From the human T2T-CHM13v2.0 reference genome, Homo sapiens, in NCBI RefSeq assembly GCF_009914755.1, contig NC_060928.1: 64,000 bases of DNA, one strand, 5' to 3'. Each line of letters starts with the position of its first letter. Position 1 is the first letter of the stretch. Below the pieces are notes generated by a model that was given only the letters and a program-made list of their open reading frames with translations, ran no database searches and was not told the origin of the DNA. A program made the position numbers and the translations under genes. Of this stretch, positions 28,994 to 43,215 are shown piece by piece.

Positions 28994-29739
28994 GTATTTC
29001 CATTACTAAATGAAGCTTTTATTTATTGTATATATTCTATTTTGATTTTATTCTATAAAATTTGAATTACGTTCAAATCTCTTGGTTTTTTATTTCTTAG
29101 ACTTTTTATTTTTTTGCTATTCCCTCCCATTCTGATGGATCCTTAAAAGTTAAGTGTTCCCCTGATTTTAAATCTAGCCTCACTTCTTTATTTATATACT
29201 CTCCCTAGAACACATCATACAGCGTTGTGGCTTTAAATGCCATCAATATAATAATAATGTGCAAATTTATATATTTAGTTCCCAATCCTCCCTTGAACCA
29301 CAGAACCACATATACAACAACTTGTTTATATTTTCATTTGTTTATGCAATCTGCATCCTGAACTTAATGTGTCCAAATAGAATTTTTGTTTGACCTCAAC
29401 CTCTGCAAGTTACACATTTACCTCAATCTTTCCAAAGTTTGTAAATAGCAATTGAACCACTCCCCACTCAGTTGCTCACTCTGAAAGCCTGGGAGTCATC
29501 CTGAGTCTTCCTTAACTTCCACACTTAATTCTTCAAATAGCTTTTGGACTGAAACTCAGAATAATCTGCCCAAAGTGTTCACTTCTTTGCATCTTCACTA
29601 TTCTCACTGTTGACCAAAGTTTGTATTTTTTACCTAGATTATTGTGATAGCTACTAATTCAATTACCCACTTACACTCTGTCCTCTGGTATACTTCTTAT
29701 AGTACCCAAAGGGATTTTTTCTTTCCATAGGGAGCTTAG

Positions 29740-32693
29740 TTTTTTTATTTTTATTTTTATTCTTTATTAAACTTTAAGTTCTGGGATACATGTACAGAAT
29801 GTGCAGGTTTGTTACATAGTTATACATGTTCAACGGCGGTTTGCTGCACCCATCAATCCGTCATCTACATTAGGTATTTTTCCTAATGATATCCCTCCCC
29901 TTGCCACCCACCCCCAACACACCCCGGTGTGTAATGTTCCCCTTCCTGTGCCCATATGCTCTCATTGTTCAACTCCCACTTACGAGTGAAAACATGCAGT
30001 GTTTGGTTTTCAGTCCCTGTGTTAGTTTGCTGAGAATGATGGTTTTCAGCTTCATTTATGTCCCTGCAAAGGACATGAACTCATTCTTTTTATGGCTGTG
30101 TAGTATTCCATGGTGCATGAGTGCCACATTTTCTTTATCCAGTTTATCATTGATGGACACTTGGGTTGGGTCCAAGCTTTTGCTATTGTAAATAGTGCTG
30201 CAATAAACATGTGTGCATGTGTCTTTATAGTAGAATGATTTATAATCCTTTGGGTATATACCCAGTAATGGGATTGCTGGATCAAATGGTATTTCTAGTT
30301 CTAGATCCTTGAGGAATCACCACACTGTCTTCCATAATGCTTGAACTAATTTGCACTACCAGCAACGGTGTAAAACCATTCCTATTTCTGCACATCTTCT
30401 CCAGCATCTGTTGCTTCCTGTGTTTTTAATGATCACCATTTTAACTAGTGTGAGACTCCCACCAACAGTATAAAAGCTTTCTTATTTCTCCACATCCTCT
30501 CCAGCAACTGTTGCTTCCTGTCTTTTTAATGATCACCATTTTAACTGCTGTGAGATGGTATCTCATTGTGATACTGATTTGCATTTCTCTAATGATCAGC
30601 GATGATAAGCTTTATTTTCATATGTTTCTTAGCCACATAAATGTCTTCTTTTGAGAAGTGTCTGTTCATATCCTTGCCCGCTTTTGATGAGGTTGGTTTA
30701 TTCTTTAAATTTGTTTAAATTCCTTGTTGATTCTGGATATTAGCCCTTTATCAGATGGATAGATTGCAAAAATTTTTTCACATTCTGTAGGTTGCCTGTT
30801 CCCTCTGATGATAGTTTCTTTTGCTATGCAGAAGCTCTTTTGTTTAATTAGATCCCATTTGCCAATTTTGGCTTTGTTGCAATTGTTTTTGGTGTTTTAG
30901 TCATGAAGTCTTTGTCCATGCCTATGTCCTGAATGGTATTGCCTAGGTTTTCTTCTAGGGTTTTTATGGTTTTAGGTCTTATGTTTGAGTCTTTGATCCA
31001 TCTTGAATTAATTTGTATATAAAGTGTAAGAAAGGAGTCCAGTTTCAGCTTTCTGCATATGGCTAGCCAGTTTTCTCCACAGCATTTATTAAATAGGGAA
31101 TCTCCGTTGCTTGTTTTTGTCAAGTTTGTCAAAGATCAGATGGTTGTAGATGTGTGGTGCTATTTCTGAGGCCTCTGTTCTGTTCCATTGGTCTATATCT
31201 CTGTTTTGGTACCAGTACCACGCTGTTTTGGTTACTGTAGCCTTGTAGTATAGTTTGAAGTCAGGTAGCATGATGCCTCCAGCTTTGTTCTTTTTGCTTA
31301 GGATTGTCTTGGCTATGCGGGCTCTTTTTTGGTTCCATACGAAATTTAAAGTAGTTTTTTTTAACTCTGTGAAAAAAGTCAATTGTAGCTTGATGGGGAT
31401 AGCATTGAATCTATAAATTAGTTTGGGCAATATGGCCATTTTCACAATACTGATTCTTTCTATCCATGAGCATGGAAGGTTTTTCCATTTGCTTGTGTCC
31501 TCTCTTATTCCCTTGAGCATTGGTTGTAGTTCTCCTTGAAGAGGTCCTTCACATCCCTTGTAAGTTGTATTCATAGGTATTTTATTCTCTTCGTAGCAAT
31601 TGTGATTGGAAGTTCACTCATGATTTGGCTCTCTGTCTATTATTGGTGTATAGGAATGCTTGTGATTTTGCACATTGATTTTGTATCCTGAGACTTTGCC
31701 GAAGGTGCTTATCAGCTTAAGGAGATTTTGGGCTGAGATGATGGGGTTTTCTTTATATACAATCATGTCATCTGCGAACAGAGACAATTCTATTTCCTCT
31801 CTTCCTATTTGAGTACCCTTTATTTCTTTCTCCTGCCTAATTGCCTTGGCCAGAACTTCCAAAACTATGTTGAATAGGAGTGGTGAGAGAGGGCATCCTT
31901 GTCTTGTGCCAGTTTTCAAAGGGAATGCTTCCAGTTTTTGCCCATTCAGTATGATATTGGCTGTGGGTTTGTCATAAATAGCTCTTATTTTGAGATACAT
32001 CCCACCAGTACCTAGTTTTTAGCTAGGTATTGAGTGTTTTTAGCAAGAAGGACTGTTGAATTATATCGAAGGCCTTTCTGCATCTACTGAGATAATCATG
32101 TGGTTTTTGTCATTGGTTCTGTTTATGTGATGGATTATGTTTATTGATTTGCGTATGTTGAACCAGCCTTGCTACCCAGGGATGAAGCCGACTTGATCGT
32201 AGTAAATAAGCTTTTTAATGTGCTGCTAGATTCTGTTTGCCAGTATTTTATGGAGGATATTCGCATCAATGTTCCTCAGGGATACTGGCCAGAGATTTTC
32301 TCTTTTTGTTGTGTCTCTGCCAGGTTTTGGTATCAGAATGATGCTGGCCTCATAAAATGAGTTAAGGAGAAGACCCTCTTTTTCTATTGTTTGGAATAGT
32401 TTTAGAAGGAATGGTACCAGCTCCTTTTTGTACCTCTGGTAGAATTCGGCTGTGAATCCTTCTGGTCCTGGGCATTTTTTGGTTGGTGGGCTATTAATTA
32501 CTGCCTCAACCTCAGTACTTGTTATTGGTCTATTTCAGGGATTCAACTTCTTCCTAGTTTAGACTTGGGAAGGTGTATGTGTCCAGGAATTTATCTATTT
32601 CTTCTAGATTTTCTAGTTTATTTGTATAGAGGTGTTTATAGTATTCTCTGATGGTAGTTTGTATTTCTGTAGGATCAGTGGTGATATACCCCT
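29740..32693 (-). mobile_element. 5'-truncated L1PA (about L1PA7/8), ~3 kb, frameshifted ORF2 RT region
   Basis: 3' UTR ctttaagttctgggatacatg; ORF 31614-32000 has [16 protein letters not shown] and LFADDM RT motifs, ORF 31089-31574 has [10 protein letters not shown]. Confidence 0.96.
30355..30554. repeat. 100-bp internal tandem duplication within L1PA
   Basis: act(a/c)cca(g/c)caac...tgttgcttcctgt...gatcaccattttaact..tgtgag at 30355 and 30455. Confidence 0.92.
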
Positions 32694-34275
32694 AAAGAGA
32701 TATCTTTAATATTAATTTCTCTCTCTTCGTGGTGATCTCTAGGTTTTTTGTTTGGTTTGGTTTTGCGTGTTTTTTTAATATTAAAAAGGCTATTCTAAGA
32801 TCTTTATCCTACACGATCTGCTACTGCCTATAATTCAGATCCTATCTGTAATCACTTTTTTCCTGGTTTTGTCATTTAATTGTGACAGCTTTTTTTCTGT
32901 CCCTTGAGTATCACATTATGTTAATTGCAACAGGAGGGCCTTTGCACAGTGAGTCACCATATCCTCAAATGGCTAGTTCCATTCTTATTTCAGGTTTCAG
33001 CTTAAAGAAGCCCTGCTTTCTGAATTTCATTCATTTTCCTAAGTACTCTCTGAAAGTTCTCTGATTTTGCTTGCTTCAATGGCACCACTTACTGGATTTC
33101 ATTTATTTCCCTACTTTACACTTTGTTTCTTTTCCTTCTGGGAAGTAAACTGGATAGAGACCCTGTATGTCTTGTTCATTGCTGTTATATTCCCAAAGCT
33201 GTGAATAATTCTAAACCATCATAATGACTCAAGATACATCTGAATGAATGAATTCAGAAATTAATATTCACAACAAATCTGTGACTCGTGTAATCATATT
33301 TATTGTCATCTTACAGATAACAAAGCTGCAACACAGAAGTAGTAGACAATTCACAGAAAATTATAAAGCCAATAAATGCAAAAGTTAGGGGCAAATCCTG
33401 GCAATCTAGAATAAAAACCCAAGATCTTCAATTTTGAACTGTTGGATCCATAAGGACCAAATCAATTTTTTTGTTTGCTATGTTATAATGCTGAATTTAT
33501 ATCTTACCATTCTGTCATTAAGATATGTTTTTCCAATTGCCAATTATTTCACCAAATTTCTTATTTTTCCATGATCTGCTTCTCAAAATCTTTAGGTACA
33601 TTTCTGAAGCAAACAACTTTGGGAATATTTCTTATGTGAAAATTACTCCTCAATAAAACACATTTAAACAAAAAATATTGTAAATGTTTTTCTTAGCTGC
33701 ATATTAATTAAGTCTAAAAACAAGAAAATGCAGTATTACATTTTGAAAGTAATTTTCAACAACCAACATTATATTTTACATACTGCAAATTTATTAAATA
33801 TGAATTTAAAAGCTAGGTAAAAATTACCTGTTCCTTCTTACACAATTATTTGAATTCTGTATTTCTCACAGTGAATTTCAGCAGCATAACAATACCTTGG
33901 TGTACTTAGAGTTTTAATCCTTACAAATACTACACACATTAGGAAGTAGAAAAGTTGTCAGGAACAATTTATTAAAGATATTAGGGAAAGTGTTTAGCAT
34001 TTCAAATAATTATATTTCACTGCTGAGGTCATGAGCCTCAAGGAAAATTTTGGCATGCTTTTTTTCCTCATTAATAATTTATTAAATGTGATATATCTTT
34101 ATCCACTTGGAGAATTCCTGCTGCTAGCTTTATGGTGGTTTTGCTATAGATGATATTCTTTTTTGTTACATATTTTATTCTTAATTAATATGCAAATATT
34201 TCCCAAAGTAAATTACCATATACTCGTGATAAAATGCAACATGTTATTTTAAAAATTAAAATAAGACATATTTAA

Positions 34276-34621
<346 letters not shown>

Positions 34622-35804
34622 TAAAAGATATCAGCGTTTAACGTATTTGTCAATTCTGTCATTGTTCAGTTAACCACTCAGGCTGTAACCCTGACCATAG
34701 TATCCTTCTAGTCTTGGTATAGAATGTGGCAAGTGATATCAAACTGCTGACATAAACCCTGCTTTGTTATAAGATGTATAAGGATCAGCAGATGTTTTTC
34801 TGTTCTGTGCTAAAGTTGAACACCTTCTCCAACTCACATTATCAATATTGCCCTGAACATATTGTTGTTGATTTTAATGCTTAAAGAAAGCTCATCATAA
34901 TTAAGGTTAATGTAAGAACCTAAAACTTACAGTAAATTTTACTTTACAATCTTTTAAAAAAAATGACATTTTTTCCTGCTTTCAATTTGTCACAATCATT
35001 ATGTATTTTGATATCAAACATTCTGCACTATAACAAATATCTTTGGCTTCCAGCAAGGGCAAAATTTTGAGACTAATATTACATTTACTATTCTTTTGTC
35101 CTTATTTTTTTCAACATTGAATCTCTAACACAAATTAGTATGTTTCAAATCTCTTATCATTGTAATTAATTTGTTCATTATAGTTGAGGATTCATTTCTT
35201 CTGTTTTGTACCGCATTATGAATATTTTAATTATAAATAAATCCCATTAAAAGATTCTCTTAACTTTCTGATGAATAGCAATGCTGTTATTTACTTCCTT
35301 AATTATATCTTTTTACCTGAATCTTGAAATTTGTTTTTAAAACACTTTGTTCCAAATTATCAGACAAGATTTTTTAGCATTCTAATTTTTTGAACATTTG
35401 TTATTATAACATGTTTTACTGTAAAAATATAAACATTTTTCTTCTATTTGGGACCGTGATTCAAACTGAATGAAAAATTAAAATAAAGTGAGTATCTTTG
35501 TTTCCAAAATTTTCTTAAATTGGTGTTTGCCAGTGTTTGCATTCGGTCCATCAAAAGATGAATGAGTTCCTGGATTAAATAGAAGTTCCCTTCAATATTT
35601 ACAATAAGCAATAGCAGATTGAAGTGTTAATAAGATCCTGAAAACTTTTCAACTCATTTTCATCTACACTACCTTAATTTTACTGCTTCTTTACTCTCTT
35701 CTCTGATCTTTCCTTGAAGTTTTATTTTCCTCTTCTCTCTTTTCTTTTCTTCTCCTTTCTTTAATTTAAAGCCAATGAACTTTTCACCCACCATTTATTC
35801 TATA

Positions 35805-36005
35805 GGAAACATGAACATTGAAGTCAGACCTGTTGAGATAAAATCTTAGCTCAGTGTTACAGCATGACTGGCTTTAGATTAATTAGTGTTTCTCTCTGAG
35901 CTTCAGTTTCCCCATTTGCACATGTACAGTTAAATATTTATTATCTTACTCCTGTATGTCTTGAAAGTAACATAAATGTTTTCAAACTTGCTAAAATGGC
36001 ACATC
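35805..36005 (-). mobile_element. MIR fragment
   Basis: ctctctgagcttcagtttccccatttg core and ttgaagtcagacctg. Confidence 0.6.
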
Positions 36006-36274
36006 TACATCTTAATATATTACAATATTTACTTTTGCGAACCTGTTCCTGAACTCACTTTATGACTACTACATGACTAGTAGGGTACTAAAAGTTTCAA
36101 GAACAAAATAGGAAATCATGTTACTGATTTTAAAATTTCTGTTAATAGGAGACAGGTCTAAGTGGGCCAGACTAGGTTTAAGAAAGAAGGGAATAGTAAT
36201 TTGTAACTTAAAACAAGGGTGTAATTTCAATTTTCCACAGGACTTGGGTAGTAGCATAACAAAGTGTTTAGCAG

Positions 36275-37135
36275 TGTATCAATCTGGGAATAATAGATAG
36301 ATAGAAACCACACAGTGGGTTACACAGGGGAAGTTTAGTAGGAAAACTCATGAAAGAGTAACTATAAGATAATTGTATAAGAAAAAATTTTATGGTAAAT
36401 TAGGGCCAAGAGAAAGTACCAAAGGAAGAATAACTTTGGAAGGAGACCTCCCTCTCAGCCCCAAAGTTCAGTACTCTCTGGAAAATGTGTAGTTCAGTAC
36501 CTTGGATAGCAGAAGTTTGCTGGATTGTCCAGGCAAGCTGGTCCACAGTCACTGAGCAAGCAGTCAGAAAAGTCTTCCAAGTACAGTTGGAGAATTGATG
36601 AGCAGTAATTCATGGCTCAGACATACAGAGGAAGTGGGATGGAGGGGAGCTGTGGAGATAGCTGACTATGGAGAAAGCACTGGTGCACAACAGGACCTGA
36701 CCAGGCCTTGCTCGGATAGTAAGGGCCAATGGGAGCTCTCCAGGACTGCAGGCAATACATGTATGAGCTTGAAGAGGACAATCAGGGCACTTGTACAAAT
36801 CAGGAAGCTTTTGAGGCAGTTTTTATATAGAGAGGGCCACACAAAAGGTTACCATCAGTCTATGGCTGAAAGACCACGGAGGGATCATGCTCTGAACACA
36901 GGCTGGGACACACTTAGCAGTAAGTTCTCATACCCATACATCTTACCTACTAGAGTAGCCAGAAATCTCAGGAGAACCTGTCTTCCTAAGATTCTTTTAT
37001 AGTACCCTCTTTTGGGAAAGTTTAACACCTTAATGGTGCTCACTTTAATGGGGAAATACTTTAAAAAATTCCTTCTATTTTTGTAACATATGCTGAAGGG
37101 GGAATTTTGAACTGAGAGATTTGATAATTGGCACA
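36275..37135 (-). mobile_element. Ancient LTR (LTR78-like)
   Basis: Locally GC-richer block with TG...CA ends; minus start tgtgccaattatcaaatctctcagttcaaaattcccccttc resembles old LTR 5' ends. Family call uncertain. Confidence 0.45.
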
Positions 37136-37438
37136 AAGGTGGCGATAGCTGAGACATATTTCTTGATGTTACATACCTACATTCTGTGTTCACACTTTGT
37201 TTTCTACTGTGTAAACATAACTAGATATGCAATTGCATAGAAGTTGTTCATGACTAATTGCATTCAAAACTGTTTTAACAGTATTTTAGTAGACTTTATA
37301 TGTTCTAAAATGTCCTTACTTAGGAAAAAATGTTTTGTTACTACTAATAGAGGAGCAGGGCATGAAAAATATTTACTAATGACAAACCTGTAAGGAGTTT
37401 ACATTCATTTTCTTATTCAGTTCTTAAGACATTGAAGT

Positions 37439-37817
37439 TGTTATGGACTGAATGTTTGTTTCCACTCAAAATTTATATGTTGAAGCCTTAACCACTCCGC
37501 TATGTGATTGTATTTTGAGGTGGGGCTGTTGGGAGGTAATCAGGTTTAGATGAGGCCACGAGGTAAGACCCTTATGAAGGTATTAGTGCCTTTATTGAAA
37601 AAAAAAAAACGGAAAGGTTGTTTTTCTCTGTCTATCAGGTGAGGATACAGTGAGAAGGCAGCTGTCTGCCAGGCAGGAAGATGGTTCTCACTAAGAATCA
37701 TACCTGTTAGCACCTTGTTCTTAGATCTGCCAGCCCCCAGAACTCCGAAAAGTAAATGTCTGTTGTTTAAGCCAACCAGTCCATGCTATTTTGTTTCAAC
37801 ATAATGTAACTAAGACA
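37439..37817 (+). mobile_element. MLT1A-type MaLR solo LTR
   Basis: tgttatggactgaatgtttg...gtgaggatacagtgagaaggcagctgtctg...aactaagaca; 5-bp TSD gaagt/gaaat. Confidence 0.9.
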
Positions 37818-38444
37818 GAAATCAATAGTCAAAATGTTAAATAACATCTTAAGACCATTACGTAGTAAGGAAGGAAAATAAGGCTAGCTGTTAAAACCAC
37901 CTGAAGCCACACACCACAGTATACCTCAGTTCTTCAGAGTATACCAAGAAGGAATTAACATACATTGTTCATTATTTGTATTTGCAGCTATCCTTGTTTT
38001 CAAAAAAAAAGGGCTTAAAATAACATATTTGTGTTTATTTTCCATTTTTTATCCTGAATTTCACTGAATGTAAGGTCATTCATCAGTACAAAGTAAAACA
38101 ATATTCATATTTTGCAATAATAGAAATTATATTATAGGGGACATATGCATTCTAAACATGTAAGAAAGGTGACTTGTTTATATCATACTTCAGCCATACT
38201 TTTCTTCCTTAACAAGGTGACTTAACATTGTAAAGTTTTGATGCTGTCATTAAAATCCCAGTGAAGCTGTGTTCTTCATTGCTTAATTAGGAAGTCTTTT
38301 AATGTAACTGAAGTCCATTGCCACTGATTACTACCCTAATAGATTACTTCTGTGTTCATACTGATTTCTTTAAATATCCTTTGCCTTTAGTGAGATTAAA
38401 TATTTACTGAGAGGGATGCTGATATTGCTCATCATTTTCTTTTT

Positions 38445-38600
38445 CAAAAGAAGAATAAAATAGAAAGGAGAAGGAGAAAAAGGAGTGGGAGTAGGAATAG
38501 GAAGATAGGGAGGAAGAAAAGAAAGAGAAGGAGGAGGAAGAGGAAAAGGATGAGGGAGAAAGGGAAGAAGAGGGAAAACACAAAAAAAGAGAAAGAAGTG
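38445..38600. repeat. GA-rich low-complexity purine tract
   Basis: About 150 nt almost entirely A/G on the + strand. Confidence 0.85.
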
Positions 38601-38976
38601 GTAGTTCTGGATATTGTAAATCTCTAACGCAAAAGACTAATTTGGTTGGAGCTGTGGTGAGAATATGATGTAAACTTATATTAAATTCTCTTATAAATCT
38701 ATGAGGGTACATGTCTTTGAGCATTCTTATGCTTCAGATATGCATTTTTCCTAGAATAATCTGCATATTTTTGACTCTGTACATTTTGGGTGCCATAATA
38801 TTTCCTTCACCACATAATAAAAGGACACAAATGAAGCAAGGAAATAAAGCAAAGCAAGTAATTGGATAAAAGAGTAAAGAAACATCCATTGAGTATGTAT
38901 GCTCTTTTAGATTGTAATCCCAAGCCCATAAACAGCTTTCACATTATTTAAATAATTAAACTCTCTCTAATCTATC

Positions 38977-39325
38977 TGCTATGATTTTAATATGTGCCAC
39001 CAAAATAGTGTGTTGAAAACTTAACCCCAACCCAATAGCCGTGGGAGTTGGGGACTAACAGGAGGTGTTTAGGTCCTGAATGCTCCACCCTCACAAATAG
39101 ATTAATGCCAATTTAAAAAATGCTTGAGAGTATGAGTTAGATCTTTTGTTCTCTTGCTTTGTGATGCCTTTTTTCGTGTTATAAACAGCAAGAAGGCCCT
39201 TGCCAAATGCAGCTTCTTGATCTTAGACTTCTCAGCTTCCGGAAATGTGAGCCAATAAATTTCTGTTTATTATAATTATCCAGGCTCAGGTATTCTGGTA
39301 TAGCAGCACAAAACGAACTAAGACA
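38977..39325 (+). mobile_element. MST-type (MSTC/D-like) MaLR solo LTR
   Basis: tgctatgattttaatatgtg...gtgagccaataaatttctgttt...gcagcacaaaacgaactaagaca. Confidence 0.85.
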
Positions 39326-40354
39326 CAATTGTTCCAACACATATAAAGTGAAGTACTTGTACTAAGTAAAATATGGGTGATTTCTAGTTGAGAATTTTAT
39401 TATTTGACAGTCATTTGTAAGAACTTTACATAAAAGCTCAACTTATATATCAACAAAGTGAAGTAAAAGTTTATTATGTAGCAGTCATCTTCTGTGGTTA
39501 TCTCAGTTATTTTAATATTAACACTATTGAGGGAATGATGGTGTCCATTGATTACAAAGCAAAATCTGAGAAAATTTCAATAGAATTTTTTTTTTTTACA
39601 ATTGGCTCTAAGATAAGGAGAATGCACTTCCCTTTGAAAGTCCAAGTTATGTGACTTTTTTCCCCCTAAGGCATTGAGAAAAAATTCAGAAATAGAGAAG
39701 ACGGAAAGGAACTGACTAAAGATAAAATAAACAGATTTTGTCTACCAAGTTTTTCAGTCTTTCATTTGTTTTGCCAGTGCCAATGTACAAACATACATGC
39801 AAAGTGATATCACTAATATAAGACTGTTTTGAGATTTGAATTCAGGTCTCTCAAAATATTACTCTCTTTCTAGTTTTCAAACTATGTTAAATATTCCACC
39901 GACATCTGATTCATATTCCATTTTAATACCCAGTATTATTATTTGTATAACTATAATAACAACATAACACTGACCCATAAAAATGTTAACAAGTCAAACT
40001 ATTATTATACAAAACTTGGAATCAATATTTTCAGCAACAGTTATATATCTTTGTATATATCAATATCTAAGTGTCATTGTATGTACTTGTAGAATTTCTC
40101 TGGTGATTTTTAAAAATTCGGTCTTAGATACTGAGTACAAAAAGCTCTGTATGGAAATAAAAAGTATTCTGAGAAGAATTCATATTATTATTATAATATT
40201 ATTAATTCCTTCTAAGATTTAATCTAGCAACAATTTGGAGCCATCTACAATATGAAAACTACTATTGAACAAAGAGAAAAATGGATATTAAAATAAACAT
40301 GGGAAAGCATGTAACTATGAGTGGAAATACAGCAAGAAAAGAAACTTCGTAAAA

Positions 40355-41225
40355 CTTTTTTAAATTTTATATTTATAGATTTAGGGGTTAGAAGTGCAGA
40401 TTTCTTACATGCATATATTGTATAGTGATGAAGTCTGGATTTTTAGTGGACACATTACCCTAATAGCGAACATTGTACCCAACAGGTAAGTTACCATCTC
40501 TTACCCCACTCCCACCCTGCTAATTTTTGGAGTCTCCCATGTCTATTTTTTTCACTCTGTATGTCCATTTCTATTTATTATTTAGTTCTCACTTATAAGT
40601 GAGAACATGTGGTATTTGACTTTCTGTTTCTCCGTTATTTCATTTAGGATAATGGCCTCGAGTTTCATCCATGTTGCTGCAGATGCCTTTCTTTGGCTTA
40701 GTAGTATTCCATGGTGTGTGTGTGTGTATCACATTTATTTTATCCAATCCTCCATTCATGGACACTTAGGTTGATTCCATGCCTTTGCTATTGTGAATTA
40801 TACTTCAATGACCATACAAGTGCTGGTGTCTTTTTGATGTCATGATTTCCCTTGGGTAGATATCCGGTAGTGGGATTGCTGGGTTGAATGATAATTATAT
40901 TTTTAATTATTTAAAAAATCTTCATATTATTTTCCATAGATGGTGTACTAATTTATAATTCCACTAGAAGTATATAAATGTTTTTTCTCTACACCCTTGT
41001 CAACATCTGTTGTTTTTTGACTTTTTATTAATAGCCATTTTGACTGAAGAGGGTATATCCTTATGATTTCAGTTTGCATTTTTCTGATGATGTGATGCTG
41101 AAGATGTTTTTCATGTATTTTTTGACCACTTCTCTGTCTTTTTTTGAAAAATAAAACTGTTCATGTCTTTTGCCCACATTTTAATGGAGTCTTCTTTTCT
41201 CATTGAATTATTTGAGTTTATTGCA
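40355..41225 (-). mobile_element. L1PB-type 3' fragment
   Basis: ttaggggttagaagtgcagatttcttacatg...cacttataagtgagaacatg...gtagtgggattgctgg. Confidence 0.88.
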
Positions 41226-41364
41226 AAACATTAATAATAAAATTAAAAGAAATATTTGTATATCTCAAATATAATGCCTAGAAAATCTTTATACATTGCA
41301 AGATCACTTCTATGTCAGCCAACTTAAAAATATCATCTTATAATGCTTAAAGTTACTATTTTTT

Positions 41365-41616
<252 letters not shown>

Positions 41617-41718
41617 TATTTTTTAATAAAAGGAGTAGTTACATTTGTATTAATAAGTTGTAATATGTTATTTATTATTGCTCCAGCCCCTTCCTGGGTA
41701 TTAAGATATAAACTGTGG

Positions 41719-42015
41719 GACTGGAGGTGGTGGCTCATGCCTGTAATCCTAGCACTTTGGGAGGCCAAAGCAGGCCCATCACAAGGTCAGGAGTTCGAGC
41801 CCAGCCTGACCAACATGGTGAAACCCTGTCTCTACTAAAAATACAAAAATTAGCCAGGTGTGGAGGCGCACACCTGTAATCCCACCTACTCAGGAGGCTG
41901 AGGCAGGAGGATCGCTTGAACCTGGAGGCGGAGGTTGCAGTGAGCAGAGTTTGCGCCACTGCACTCCAGTGTGGGCAACACAGCAAGACTCAATCTCAAA
42001 AAAAAGAAAAAAAAA
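41719..42015 (+). mobile_element. AluS SINE
   Basis: Full dimer, TSD ataaactgtg at 41708 and 42017. Confidence 0.94.
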
Positions 42016-42339
42016 GATAAACTGTGAAAAGATGAAAAGAATGTGAATTCTGGTTTCATCAACCATACTTTCAAATGATAGAAACAAAAGCAATTAATTA
42101 AATGATAAACAAAAGCTGTATTTTTCCTCTTAATTTAAAAATTGTTATTTTTGTATTTTTGAGGGATTGCTTATATACAGTAAAATCCACAAACCTTAAG
42201 TATACAGTTCTGTGGATTTGTGCACAGATACATGCCACACGTAACCATTAGCCAAATCCAGTTACGGAATATTGTCATCAACTAATAAAAATCATTCAAG
42301 ATGTATTTTTGAAATTATTCAATAATTTGAATAAATATT

Positions 42340-43215
42340 CAAACTATTTATTTATAAAATAGTTTTACATTCACAGCAACATGGAGAATAAGATAGAAAG
42401 ATTTTCCATAACCACCCCTTTGGCCCCACACATCTGTACCCTCTACCCTCACCCATTATCACCATCCCACAGCACAGTAGTACTTTTTTTTTTTATAACT
42501 GATGAGTCTATAATACACTGATACATAATGATCACCCAAAGTCAACAGTATACTTTATAGCTGATTCTTAGTGTTGCACATTGTATGTGTTTGAACCAAT
42601 GTAAAGGACATGTATCCACCATTACAGTAAACATATTTCCCCTGTCCTAAAAATTCTCTGATTCATTTCTCCCTCCCTACTACTAATCTTTTTATTTTCA
42701 TTCTTTTGTTTTTTCTAGAATGTCATATAGAAGGAATATATAGTATGTAGCCTGTTCAGATTAGCTTCTTTCCTATAGTAGCAGGCATTTAAGTTTCTTT
42801 TATGCCTTTTCATGGCTGATAGCTCATTCTTTTTAGTTCTATATCATATTTTGTTGTCTAGATGTACCACTGTTTGTCCATTCAAGTTTTGCCTTTATAA
42901 ACATGCATGTGCAGATTTTTGTGTGTTCATTAAGTGTTCAGCTCCTGTGGATAGATACCAAGGAGCATGATTGCTAGATAATATGAGAAGAGTATATTTA
43001 GTTTTGCAGGAAACCAACCCGTCTTCAAAGTGGCTGCACCATTTTGTATTTCCACCAGCAGTAAATGAAAGTGCTTATTGCTTCATATCTCTGCCATCAT
43101 TTGGTGTTGTCAGTGTGCTGTATTTTGTCTACTGTAGTAGGTGTTTTATCTACTGCCATCCAACCTTGAATGAGCCTGATCTTGCCTAATAGATGTGCTG
43201 TGCTATCCCATTCCT
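42340..43215 (-). mobile_element. L1MC/MD-type 3' region
   Basis: ttttacattcacagcaacatgg...acactgatacataatgatcacccaaagtc...ccaaggagcatgattgctagat. Confidence 0.8.
43148..43187 (+). pseudogene. 5S rRNA 5' fragment (tailless retropseudogene)
   Basis: atctactgccatccaaccttgaatgagcctgatcttgcct aligns ungapped to 5S nt 1-40 (gtctacggccataccaccctgaacgcgcccgatctcgtct), 30/40 identical, several changes at CpGs; flanked by degenerate direct repeats. Confidence 0.75.

Larger units (their letters stand above)
29120..33255 (+). mobile_element. L2 LINE relic split by L1PA insertion
   Basis: L2 motifs (gtggctttaaatgccatcaata, agcctgggagtcatcctgagtc) before the L1; ggcctttgcacagtg ... tgaatgaatgaat L2 tail after it. 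Confidence 0.6.

Noticed and set aside
30848-32000. RT-containing ORFs as an active or novel reverse transcriptase system
   Set aside because: Frameshifted pieces of a 5'-truncated L1PA with no ORF1 or promoter
38404-38724. Ser/Phe-rich 106-aa ORF
   Set aside because: Translation of the GA-rich low-complexity tract
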